A stretch of 51,019 nt of DNA, taken from Sphingomonadales bacterium (GTDB lineage: Bacteria; Pseudomonadota; Alphaproteobacteria; Sphingomonadales; Sphingomonadaceae). The stretch is taken from assembly GCA_031425075.1 (NCBI GenBank), contig JANPIQ010000379.1, positions 1 through 51,019 of the forward strand. The letters are read 5' to 3'. A program made the position numbers and the translations under genes. Of this stretch, positions 32,496-42,229 are shown one piece after another (the first letter of the stretch is position 1; every line of letters starts with the position of its first letter). The notes beneath the pieces were generated by a model that was not told the origin of the DNA, did not search any database, and saw nothing but the letters and a program-made list of their open reading frames with translations.

Positions 32496-33149
32496 ATGTT
32501 CATCGGCCATTATGCGCCCGCACTGATTGCCGCTGCACACCCCAAGGCCCCGCGGCTGGGGACGCTGTTCGTGGCAGCGCAGCTGGTCGATATCGGCTTT
32601 TTCGTGCTTCTTCCGCTGGGCATCGAAAAGATGCGTTTCGCGCTGGGCACCACCGCGATGAACCCGATGGACCTGTATCACATGCCCTATACGCACAGCC
32701 TGCTTGGCAGCATGATCTGGGGCGCGGCGTTCGCAGCGATCATCTGGCTATGGCTGAGGAACTGGACGCCCGCGCTGATCGCAGGCGGCGTGGTGGTATC
32801 GCACTGGTTTGTCGATCTGATTGTCCATGCGCCCGACCTGACGCTTTTCGGCCAGCCGCCGAAGCTGGGGTTTGCGCTGTGGAACTATCCCAAGATCGCG
32901 ATGCCGCTCGAACTTGCGCTAACCTTCGGCGCGCTCTGGTATTACACCGCGCGACGGCCCGCGGTGAAGACGACGCTGGCGGTGCCCGCATTGGTGCTGT
33001 TCCTGTTCATCGTTCAGCTATTCGACTGGTTCGGCCCCAAACCGGCGCAAGTCGATGCGTCGATTTCGGTGATGGCGCTGAGCAGTTTCGGCTTGGCGGC
33101 GTTGCTCGCGATGTGGGTAGGCCGGGGCCGTGCCAAGGGGCTTAACTGA
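32496..33149 (+). CDS. Inner-membrane protein, putative metal-dependent hydrolase
   Basis: MFIGH start after GGGAGAG; PYTHSL and SHWFVDLIVH His/Asp motifs in multiple TMs. Confidence 0.75.
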   Translation: MFIGHYAPALIAAAHPKAPRLGTLFVAAQLVDIGFFVLLPLGIEKMRFALGTTAMNPMDLYHMPYTHSLLGSMIWGAAFAAIIWLWLRNWTPALIAGGVVVSHWFVDLIVHAPDLTLFGQPPKLGFALWNYPKIAMPLELALTFGALWYYTARRPAVKTTLAVPALVLFLFIVQLFDWFGPKPAQVDASISVMALSSFGLAALLAMWVGRGRAKGLN

Positions 33150-34428
33150 CGAGGCGGAGCGCGGTTTTTTCAACCATGCGTGATCGCAGCACGAACGCTT
33201 TGGTCAAACCGATGCCCTTCAGGTGGATCGGATCGACTGGCTCGACATCAAAGCGTTCGCGCAGCCGTTTATAGACCGAATCCGAAATCAGGATACCGCC
33301 GCGCGGCGCATTGCTTTCAAGACGGCTGGCAAGATTGACCGATTCGCCCCAGCAATCGAACGCGGGCCGCCGCCTGCCGATCACGCCCGCCACCACCGGG
33401 CCGACGTGAAGGCCGATCCGCACGTCGATCTCATACCCTGTTTCGCGCTGGATGCGGTGAACCGCTGCCTGCACCGCGATCGCGAAATCGGCGGCATCCT
33501 CAACATGATCACGGCTGACCGCGCGGCTGATCCCCGAAATCGCCATATAGGCATCACCGATCGTCTTGATCCGGTCGATCCCATAGCGTTCGGCCTCCCT
33601 GTCGAACGCCGAAAACAGCTTGGCGAGCATTTTCACCAGATCGCTTGGCGAGAGTTTGCGCGACAATTCGGTGAAGCCTGCCAGATCGGCAAAGACGATC
33701 GTCACTTCGCCCAGTGTTTCGGCAATATCGCTTTCGCCCGACTGGATGCGTTCGACAATATCGCGCGGGAGGATCGAATAGAGGAGCTCATCGACGCGCG
33801 CGCGGGCCGCATCGAGTTCGCGGTCGGTGAGGAATTGCTGCCGCGCCGCGCGTTCACGAACAACGACCGACATCGAGCCAAGCGAAATTGCGCACGCAAT
33901 CGCAAGGAAATTGATCAGCAGCATATTGGGCCGCGCGTTGCCCGCAATCGCATGGCCCAACAGCGCCACACCTAAATAGATAAGCGATGCAGGGATCAGG
34001 TACCTCGCCCGGATCGGCATCGCGGCGGTCACCCCCATGATGAGCAGCACGAACAGCAATGCTGCGTAATCGAAGCCATGATCGATTGCGGTGTAGATGC
34101 CGATGCCACCGAGCAGCCCGGTTGAAAGCGCGCTCAGCAATACGACTTCGATGTAGCGCTTCCCGAAATCGGTGAGCAGTATGGCTGCGAAGCCGAAAAA
34201 CATCGGCATGATGAACAGCCCGCGGATGATGAGCGCGGTTTGGCCACCAACAGGATCAAGCATCAGATCCCAGATCGAAAAAATGAAGAAATACGCGCCG
34301 CCGATCAGCAGAAACAGCTGTGATACAATCGCCCAGCCGCGAATGTTGATGTCGACAAACGCGCTTTCATACGCGTCATCGGAAAAATGCAGGCCGAATT
34401 TTTCCAGCATTAGGCTGTATGTGCTCAT
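33142..34428 (-). CDS. Membrane-anchored class III adenylate cyclase
   Basis: About 6 TMs, then FADLAGFT, IKTIGDAYM, RIGLHVG and FDCWGESVNLASRLES. The K and D residues are those associated with ATP specificity. Confidence 0.92.
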   Translation of the reverse strand: MSTYSLMLEKFGLHFSDDAYESAFVDINIRGWAIVSQLFLLIGGAYFFIFSIWDLMLDPVGGQTALIIRGLFIMPMFFGFAAILLTDFGKRYIEVVLLSALSTGLLGGIGIYTAIDHGFDYAALLFVLLIMGVTAAMPIRARYLIPASLIYLGVALLGHAIAGNARPNMLLINFLAIACAISLGSMSVVVRERAARQQFLTDRELDAARARVDELLYSILPRDIVERIQSGESDIAETLGEVTIVFADLAGFTELSRKLSPSDLVKMLAKLFSAFDREAERYGIDRIKTIGDAYMAISGISRAVSRDHVEDAADFAIAVQAAVHRIQRETGYEIDVRIGLHVGPVVAGVIGRRRPAFDCWGESVNLASRLESNAPRGGILISDSVYKRLRERFDVEPVDPIHLKGIGLTKAFVLRSRMVEKTALRLVS

Positions 34429-34537
34429 GCATCATCCCACAGGCGTCGCTGCCATCCTAGGCATCGCGATACACAAAAGCAAAGACGCGCACGTGACAGA
34501 GCGCACTCGGCTATCGCGCCATCCACATTGCGCCTAA

Positions 34538-35587
<1,050 letters not shown>

Positions 35588-35628
35588 TGCCGCTTGGTGC
35601 TTTCTGCACCATCTGCTAGGCTGGCCGC

Positions 35629-36192
35629 ATGCGACACGATCCCAAATTCGTTCCAATGACGGTCGATGATTTCCTGTCGATTGATTTTCCGAGCGACAAG
35701 AAGTTCGAGCTTGTCGATGGTATCATTCGAATGATGGCAGGTGGCAGCGGCGCGCATGCACTTGTGGCTGGCAACATCCTCGCATTTCTCCGTCGATCAT
35801 TGCGGGGATCGGGCTGTATTCCCTTCGGCTGCGATATGGGCCTTGAAATCGGTCAGAACGATCTGCGCTATCCTGACGTTGCGGTCTACTGCAATCGAGA
35901 GTGGACCGACGCGGTGCTTGCCGAGCGCAGATTTCGCGATCCGACCATAATATTCGAGATTTCGTCATCGAGCACAGAGCGGGACGATCACCGAAGCAAA
36001 CTCGGAGAATATCGAAAGCTGGTGAGTGTCGAAACGATCGTCCTTGTGGATCCGGTTGCGGAACTGACCCGTGTCGTCCAGCGGCTGGGGCCTACGTCTT
36101 GGCGTGACGATCTGTTTGCACAGCCGCACGATATCGAGCTTCCCTCGGTCAAGCTGGTGCTGCCGCATACCGAAATTTTTGCGCGCGACTGA
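35629..36192 (+). CDS. Uma2-family (PD-(D/E)xK-like) putative endonuclease
   Basis: [24 protein letters not shown]...KL..Y. Confidence 0.88.
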   Translation: MRHDPKFVPMTVDDFLSIDFPSDKKFELVDGIIRMMAGGSGAHALVAGNILAFLRRSLRGSGCIPFGCDMGLEIGQNDLRYPDVAVYCNREWTDAVLAERRFRDPTIIFEISSSSTERDDHRSKLGEYRKLVSVETIVLVDPVAELTRVVQRLGPTSWRDDLFAQPHDIELPSVKLVLPHTEIFARD

Positions 36193-36199
36193 CGCACCG

Positions 36200-37864
36200 G
36201 TGCCGACCGATATCGAGATAGCGCGCGCCGCGACGTTGCTGCCAATTGCCAAGATTGCGGCAAAGGCCGGCATCCCCGCCGAAGCCGTCGAGCCCTATGG
36301 CCGCCACAAGGCCAAGATCGACCTTGCGGCGATCCCGCCAAGCGGCAAGACCGGCAAGCTGATCCTCGTCACCGCGATCAACCCGACGCCTGCGGGCGAG
36401 GGCAAGACGACGACTTCGGTCGGGCTTGCCGACGCGCTCAATCTGACGGGCCGCAAGACGATGCTTGCCTTGCGCGAGCCATCGCTTGGCCCGTGCTTTG
36501 GCACAAAGGGCGGGGCGACCGGTGGCGGCTATGCGCAGGTGGTGCCGATGGACGACATCAACCTGCACTTCACCGGCGATTTCCACGCGATCACATCGGC
36601 GCACAATCTGCTCGCCGCGATGATCGACAACCATATTTACTGGGGCAACGCTCTCGATATCGATATCCGCCGGATCGTCTGGCGCCGGGCGATGGACATA
36701 AACGACCGGGCGCTGCGCGACGTCACGCAGTCGCTGGGCGGGGTGAAGAACGGATATCCGCGCGAAAGCGGGTTCGACATCACCGTTGCATCCGAAGTCA
36801 TGGCGATCCTGTGTCTGGCCACCAATAGTCAGGATCTCGAAGCGCGGCTGGGGCGGATCGTGATCGGCTATGCGCGCGATCGCCGCGCCATCACCGCACG
36901 CGACCTGAAGGCCGATGGCGCAATGGCGGTGCTGCTGGCGCAGGCGATGCGTCCCAACCTAGTCCAGACGCTCGGCGGCAATCCGGCGCTGATCCATGGC
37001 GGGCCATTCGCCAATATCGCGCATGGCTGCAATTCGGTGATCGCGACGCGCGCAGCACTTAGCCTTGCCGATTATGTCGTGACCGAAGCCGGGTTCGGCG
37101 CCGATCTGGGAGCGGAGAAATTCTTCGACATCAAATGCCGCCGAGCGGGGCTTCATCCCGATGCAGCGGTGATCGTCGCGACGGTCCGCGCGCTCAAGAT
37201 GAACGGCGGCGTGGCCAAAGCCGATCTTGCGAGCGAGGATGCCGACGCAGTGCGGCGCGGTGCGGTCAATCTCATCCGCCATATCGAAAATGTCCGGCAG
37301 TTCGGAGTTCCCGCCGTCGTTGCGGTTAACCATTTCGTGACCGATACCGATGCCGAAATCGAGGTTATTGCAGACGTTGCAAAGGCGCATGGCACACAGG
37401 CGATCGTCTGCCGCCATTGGGCGCAAGGCGGAGCGGGCGCGGTCGATCTTGCCGGGGCGGTGGCAGCGCTCGCCGACTCAGGCAGCGCACAGTTCGCGCC
37501 GCTTTACGATGACGATCTGCCGCTGTTCGACAAGATCGAAACCGTCGCCACCCGCATCTACCGCGCCGGTGGCGTTGTCGCCGATCCCAGCGTCCGCGCA
37601 CAGCTGAAGCGCTGGGAAGAGACAGGCCATGGCAATCTTCCCGTCTGCATCGCCAAAACGCAGTACAGCTTTTCAGCCGACCCGGCACTGCTCGGAGCAC
37701 CTGTGGACCATATCCTGCCGGTGCGCGAAGTGCGGCTTTCGGCAGGCGCCGGCTTTGTCGTCGCAGTATGTGGAGAGATCATGACGATGCCCGGCTTGCC
37801 GCGCGTTCCCGCAGCCGAAGCCATCCGGCTTAATGCCGACGGCGCAATCGAAGGACTGTTCTGA
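36200..37864 (+). CDS. fhs: Formate--tetrahydrofolate ligase
   Basis: [35 protein letters not shown] and [12 protein letters not shown]; GTG start at 36200. Confidence 0.97.
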   Translation: MPTDIEIARAATLLPIAKIAAKAGIPAEAVEPYGRHKAKIDLAAIPPSGKTGKLILVTAINPTPAGEGKTTTSVGLADALNLTGRKTMLALREPSLGPCFGTKGGATGGGYAQVVPMDDINLHFTGDFHAITSAHNLLAAMIDNHIYWGNALDIDIRRIVWRRAMDINDRALRDVTQSLGGVKNGYPRESGFDITVASEVMAILCLATNSQDLEARLGRIVIGYARDRRAITARDLKADGAMAVLLAQAMRPNLVQTLGGNPALIHGGPFANIAHGCNSVIATRAALSLADYVVTEAGFGADLGAEKFFDIKCRRAGLHPDAAVIVATVRALKMNGGVAKADLASEDADAVRRGAVNLIRHIENVRQFGVPAVVAVNHFVTDTDAEIEVIADVAKAHGTQAIVCRHWAQGGAGAVDLAGAVAALADSGSAQFAPLYDDDLPLFDKIETVATRIYRAGGVVADPSVRAQLKRWEETGHGNLPVCIAKTQYSFSADPALLGAPVDHILPVREVRLSAGAGFVVAVCGEIMTMPGLPRVPAAEAIRLNADGAIEGLF

Positions 37865-38049
37865 TGGCCGCAAACGACCGCTTCGAACGCCACCGGCAGC
37901 CCTGGACAAGTGCCGAAATCGCCAAGCTGCACACGTTGGCGAAAAAGGGCATGCCACTTAAGAGCATTGCCAAGGCGATGACGCGCAGCGAGGAATCGGT
38001 GAAGGACCGTGCCAAGGCCGACGGTCTGGAGATCGCCAAACTGCGGTGA
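37864..38049 (+). CDS. Small basic HTH-like hypothetical protein
   Basis: 61 aa, TGATG-coupled to fhs; PWTSAEIAKL...IAKAM.RS..SV..RA helical pattern. Confidence 0.72.
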   Translation: MAANDRFERHRQPWTSAEIAKLHTLAKKGMPLKSIAKAMTRSEESVKDRAKADGLEIAKLR

Positions 38050-38069
38050 TCGGCCGGCCGGGCCGCAAC

Positions 38070-39026
38070 CTACACCCTGAGCATCAGATTGGTGACGGCA
38101 CTTACGACCTCTTCGGTCTGGATGTGGTGGAGCATATGCCCGGCATTGGCCATCCCGAGCGCTGACGCATGCGGCAGGCTTTCGGCGAGCCTCTGCGACT
38201 GGCCTTCCTGCCCGACCAGCTTGTCGCCGTCTCCCCAGATGATCGTCATCGGCAGCGTCAATTCGGGATAGCGCGCGGCCAGCCGCGCGGCCGCGATCGG
38301 CATTTCCCCGCTATCGGCATTCGTGGCGTGGAGCTGCGAGGGTCTCAGCATCAATCCGGTCGGCATGGCATCGGTAAAGCCTTCAGGGACGGCATCGGGA
38401 GAAAAGATCATCTTCAACCCCAGAGGCCCTGTGATCCGCATCTGCAGGGGCAGAATCGTGTGCGTCAGCAGATCGCCGATCACCGGCAGCGCCGCGATGC
38501 CGGTCAACACCGCGTCGGGACGCGGCGTCGGATAATAATAACCCGAAATCAAAACCAGCCCTGCGATCGTGCCGGGGTGGTCGAGCGCCCAGGCGATCGC
38601 CGGCAGCGTGCCCCAGCTATGGCCGACCACGATCGGCATGTCCGCCCCGATCTCCGCACAAGCCGCAACCATCAGATCGGCTTGGCGTTCGGGCGGCCAA
38701 TCTTCCCCGCGCGGCCGCGTCGACCATCCATAACCTGGCCGATCAAAGGCTATGACGCGGTGATTTTCGGCCAGCGCATCGAATAGCCCGCTGACGATAA
38801 AATCCTGCACCAGCGATCCGCTGCCATGAATCAGCACGATCGGTGTGCCGGTACCGCGTTCGACATAATGAAGCCGCACGCCGTCAACAGTAACGAAATT
38901 GCCGGGCGGCGGCGTTTGCGCCTCGGCACGCGCTGCCGACCAGCGATTGAAGGCGTAGCTGGCAGCCAGCGCGGTGGCGATGCCGCCTCCCCAAAGGAAG
39001 GCACGGGATTGTTTGGTTCGGGTCAT
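38070..39026 (-). CDS. Alpha/beta hydrolase with N-terminal anchor
   Basis: HGSG, FDRPGYG, GHSWG and GHM. Confidence 0.88.
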   Translation of the reverse strand: MTRTKQSRAFLWGGGIATALAASYAFNRWSAARAEAQTPPPGNFVTVDGVRLHYVERGTGTPIVLIHGSGSLVQDFIVSGLFDALAENHRVIAFDRPGYGWSTRPRGEDWPPERQADLMVAACAEIGADMPIVVGHSWGTLPAIAWALDHPGTIAGLVLISGYYYPTPRPDAVLTGIAALPVIGDLLTHTILPLQMRITGPLGLKMIFSPDAVPEGFTDAMPTGLMLRPSQLHATNADSGEMPIAAARLAARYPELTLPMTIIWGDGDKLVGQEGQSQRLAESLPHASALGMANAGHMLHHIQTEEVVSAVTNLMLRV

Positions 39027-39034
39027 TCGCAGAC

Positions 39035-39059
39035 AACACATGATCGATGGAAAGGTTGC
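39035..39059 (-). promoter_or_regulatory. Candidate EcfG (general stress sigma) promoter
   Basis: GCAAC-N17-GTT versus consensus GGAAC-N17-GTT; ends 8 nt before the hydrolase ATG. Confidence 0.45.
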
Positions 39060-39095
39060 GCGCCTTACCGCACTGCTAGCCAGATTTGGCTCGAT

Positions 39096-39124
39096 TTGCC
39101 CTGAAGTCCCGCCCCGGCTAACCG
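39096..39124 (+). promoter_or_regulatory. Putative sigma70 promoter, leaderless proB
   Basis: TTGCCC-N17-TAACCG, 6 nt before the ATG. Confidence 0.5.
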
Positions 39125-39130
39125 CATGTC

Positions 39131-40240
39131 ATGGCCGCCTCCCCGCATTCGCGCATCATCGTCAAGGTCGGCTCCGCGCTGCTTGTCGACGCTCAGGGGC
39201 AGGTGCGGCGTGAGTGGCTGGCGACGCTGGTGGAGGACGTTGCCGCACTTCAGGCGCGCGGCGATCAGGTGGCAATCGTTTCGTCGGGTGCCATTGCACT
39301 GGGTGCGCGGCGGCTGGGACTGGCCAAGGGCGGACGCGCAAGCCTTGAAGATGCGCAGGCAGCAGCGGCAGTCGGACAGATCGCGCTTTCGCAAGTCTGG
39401 GCCGAATTGCTTGCCGACAAGGGGGTGACGGCGGCGCAGATACTGCTGACGCTAGACGATCTCGAGGACAGGCGGCGATACCTTAATGCCCGCGCAACGC
39501 TCGACCGTCTGATGTCACTGGGCGTCGTGCCGGTGATCAATGAGAATGATTCGGTCGCAACGGCAGAAATCCGCTTTGGCGATAATGACCGGCTGGCGGC
39601 GCGCGTGGCGCAGGCGGCGGGCGCTGCGCGGGTGATCCTGCTTTCCGATGTCGATGGTCTCTACACTGCCGATCCGGCGCGCGATGCCTCGGCGATACCG
39701 ATTGACCGGGTTGAACGGATCGATGCCAGGGTGATGGCGCTTGCCGGGCGCGGTTCGGGATCGGGAATGGGATCGGGGGGCATGGCTTCCAAACTCGAAG
39801 CCGCACGGATCGCCGCGCGTGCCGGGGCCGAACTCGTGATCGTTTCAGGGCTGCACGATCATCCGCTGGCCCGGCTTGCTGCTGGCGGCTGCGGCACAGT
39901 TTTTGCAGCAGACGGCCAGGCGACCGGGCGCAAGGCCTGGCTCGCCGGTCGGATCAAGGTGCGTGGCGCAGTCAGTGTCGATGCCGGGGCAGCGACGGCA
40001 CTTGGCAAGGGCGCAAGCCTGCTGCCAGCAGGGGCAACGCATGTGACCGGCAGTTTTGCGCGCGGCGACGTGATCGACATTCTGGGGCCGAACGGCACTG
40101 CAATCGCCCGCGGCCTCTCCGAATATGATGCCGAAGATGCAGCGCGGATCGCGGGCAAGCGCAGTGATGCGCTGGCGGCGATCCTCGGCTATGCGCCCCG
40201 CAGCAGCCTTGTCCATCGCGACCAGATGGTGCTGTTGTGA
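39131..40240 (+). CDS. proB: Glutamate 5-kinase
   Basis: VKVGS, SSGAI, INEND, FGDNDRL and GGMASK, plus a C-terminal PUA domain. Confidence 0.97.
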   Translation: MAASPHSRIIVKVGSALLVDAQGQVRREWLATLVEDVAALQARGDQVAIVSSGAIALGARRLGLAKGGRASLEDAQAAAAVGQIALSQVWAELLADKGVTAAQILLTLDDLEDRRRYLNARATLDRLMSLGVVPVINENDSVATAEIRFGDNDRLAARVAQAAGAARVILLSDVDGLYTADPARDASAIPIDRVERIDARVMALAGRGSGSGMGSGGMASKLEAARIAARAGAELVIVSGLHDHPLARLAAGGCGTVFAADGQATGRKAWLAGRIKVRGAVSVDAGAATALGKGASLLPAGATHVTGSFARGDVIDILGPNGTAIARGLSEYDAEDAARIAGKRSDALAAILGYAPRSSLVHRDQMVLL

Positions 40241-41148
40241 TCGGCACGCTCGCCGTCACCGGCGGGACGGGGTTTGTCGGCAAACGCTTCATCGATCTGG
40301 CGATTGCCGCGGGGTGGTTGGTCAAAGCGCTCGCGCGATCGCCGCAATCAGCGCGCTATGGGATCGAATGGATCGGAGGCAGCCTGGATGACGCCCAGTG
40401 TCTTGCGGCGCTTGTTACTGGCGTCGATACCGTCATCCACATTGCAGGCGCGGTCAGTGCGCGCGATCGCGCAGGCTTTGCCGCCGCCAATATTGCAGGC
40501 ACCAAGGCCGTAGCCGAAGCCGCAACCACAGCCGGAGCCGGCCGCTTCGTCCATGTCTCATCGCTTGCCGCGCGTGAGCCCGGATTGTCGGACTATGGCT
40601 GGTCGAAAGCGGGGGCAGAGGACGCCGTACGGGCCAGCGGGCTCGACTGGGTGATGGTGCGCCCTCCCGGCATCTACGGACCTGGCGACCACGATCAGCT
40701 CGATCTGTTCAAGGCCGCGCGGCTTGGCGTGATGCCGTTGCCACCGGCCGGGCGGCTGTCACTGCTCCATGTCGACGATCTGGGGCAGCTGCTGCTGGCG
40801 CTGGTTCCACCTAGTGCAGCAAGTGGCAGAATCTTCGAAGCCGATGACGGGCGCGAGGGGGGCTGGAGCCACACCGACTATGCGCGCGCCATTGCCGATG
40901 CGGTCGGCCGCAAAGCGCTGCTGCTCCCATTGCCCGCGACACTGATCGGGTACGGTGCAAAGATCGACCGCTTGTTCAGGGGCGACAACGCCAAACTGAC
41001 CGCCGACCGCGCCGCTTATTTCTGCCATCCTGATTGGGTGATCGATCCAGCTGCACGGCCGCCCGAAACGCTGTGGACGCCGCAGATCGATACGCGCGAC
41101 GGCCTACGCCAAACAGCCAGTTGGTATCGCAGCGTCGGCTGGCTGTGA
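40237..41148 (+). CDS. NAD-dependent epimerase/dehydratase-type SDR; probable ceramide reductase (CerR-like)
   Basis: TGGTGFVG, VSSL and YGWSK (YxxxK), RPPGIYGP. The CerR assignment comes from the position near acp-spt. Confidence 0.75.
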   Translation: MIGTLAVTGGTGFVGKRFIDLAIAAGWLVKALARSPQSARYGIEWIGGSLDDAQCLAALVTGVDTVIHIAGAVSARDRAGFAAANIAGTKAVAEAATTAGAGRFVHVSSLAAREPGLSDYGWSKAGAEDAVRASGLDWVMVRPPGIYGPGDHDQLDLFKAARLGVMPLPPAGRLSLLHVDDLGQLLLALVPPSAASGRIFEADDGREGGWSHTDYARAIADAVGRKALLLPLPATLIGYGAKIDRLFRGDNAKLTADRAAYFCHPDWVIDPAARPPETLWTPQIDTRDGLRQTASWYRSVGWL

Positions 41149-41164
41149 ATCTGTCAACCCAAAA

Positions 41165-41273
41165 CCGCTCATGGTGAAAAGGGAGCTTTTCGAAGACGCG
41201 TCTTGAAACACCGCAATGCACCGTCCTTCGAGACGCCGTGTCGACAAGCTCAACGGCGCATCGGGATGAGCGG
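41165..41273. repeat. Family-B intergenic palindrome
   Basis: CCGCTCATGGTGA...GTCCTTCGAGACGC...GGATGAGCGG; colinear similarity to 31503-31614. Confidence 0.72.
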
Positions 41274-41295
41274 GTCCAAGTGACGACCAGTGCCG

Positions 41296-41820
41296 TTAGA
41301 TCACCCCCGTCGCTTCGAGGATCAGGCACAACAAGGTCAGCGACAGCCCCAGCAGGAACACGCGGTACGCCCAGCCGAGAAACTTGTACTTCTTGTGCTG
41401 GAGAACTTGTCCGTTCTGGTAGATATCGCGCAGCATCGTGCGGTAGATGATCTCGTCGGTCGCCAGATCGTCGAGCACTTCATCCACATAGGCGTCTTCG
41501 GACATTTGCGTGAACCAGCCGAAAAACAACACGTTGCGCGGCAGATCCGATTTGGGCCGAACCGATGGCATGATCGCGAACACGGCAAGCATCGCGGAAA
41601 AAAATGCGAACAGGATCAAGACTGACAGCGAGATCGTTAATCCGCGCTGCGACGCCTGGCTGACCGAAATCGTGAAGACCACGAATGTCGCCCCCATCAG
41701 GATCGACGCTTTCTGATCGGCCATCTGCGAAAGAGTGATATTGATCTGCTGCGTCGTGCGGACAAGGTGGATCGCATTGGGCGACAAGCGGCGCGGCGGT
41801 TTGGGCTCTTCGTCGGCCAT
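41296..41820 (-). CDS. Pycsar effector-like (PycTM/DUF5706) membrane protein
   Basis: LSQMADQKASIL followed by 2 TMs, NVLFFG.F, and DIYQNG.VL.HKKYKFL..AY followed by a TM; GAAGGG SD before ATG 41820. Confidence 0.8.
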   Translation of the reverse strand: MADEEPKPPRRLSPNAIHLVRTTQQINITLSQMADQKASILMGATFVVFTISVSQASQRGLTISLSVLILFAFFSAMLAVFAIMPSVRPKSDLPRNVLFFGWFTQMSEDAYVDEVLDDLATDEIIYRTMLRDIYQNGQVLQHKKYKFLGWAYRVFLLGLSLTLLCLILEATGVI

Positions 41821-41888
41821 ATGTTCGTTCCCCTTCGACATGTGTGACATTGGCATGACACCTTCCTGCTGCCAAGTGCTGCTCACAC

Positions 41889-41916
41889 CCTCCCATTTCA
41901 AGCAAAATGGGGAGGA
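41889..41916. repeat. Family-A terminal hairpin remnant
   Basis: CCTCCCATTTCAAGCAAAATGGGGAGGA closely resembles 30302-30330. Confidence 0.6.
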
Positions 41917-41983
41917 TGCCATGCTGCCGTCATGTCGCCGCAAACAGGTTGGCAACGGCCCGCCCTGCGGTTAAGGATTTGTG

Positions 41984-42229
41984 ATGACAGACAGACAATC
42001 GATGTTCGATCGCATTGCGGCGCAGATCGAACCGTTCAACACCAAGGGCGTCGCACTTTCGGAAAGCACGACATTCCAGGGCGATCTCGAATGGGACAGC
42101 CTGACCGTGATGGATTTCGTCGCGGCAGTCGAAGATGAATTCGATGTCATGATCACGATGAACATGCAGGCCGAAATCGAAACCGTTGGCCAGCTCGTCG
42201 ATGCCGTTGCAAAGCTCAGCGCCGCATGA
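41984..42229 (+). CDS. Acyl carrier protein (sphingolipid-type)
   Basis: Acidic, about 81 aa, with the WDSL phosphopantetheine site; ATGA-coupled to spt. Confidence 0.92.
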   Translation: MTDRQSMFDRIAAQIEPFNTKGVALSESTTFQGDLEWDSLTVMDFVAAVEDEFDVMITMNMQAEIETVGQLVDAVAKLSAA

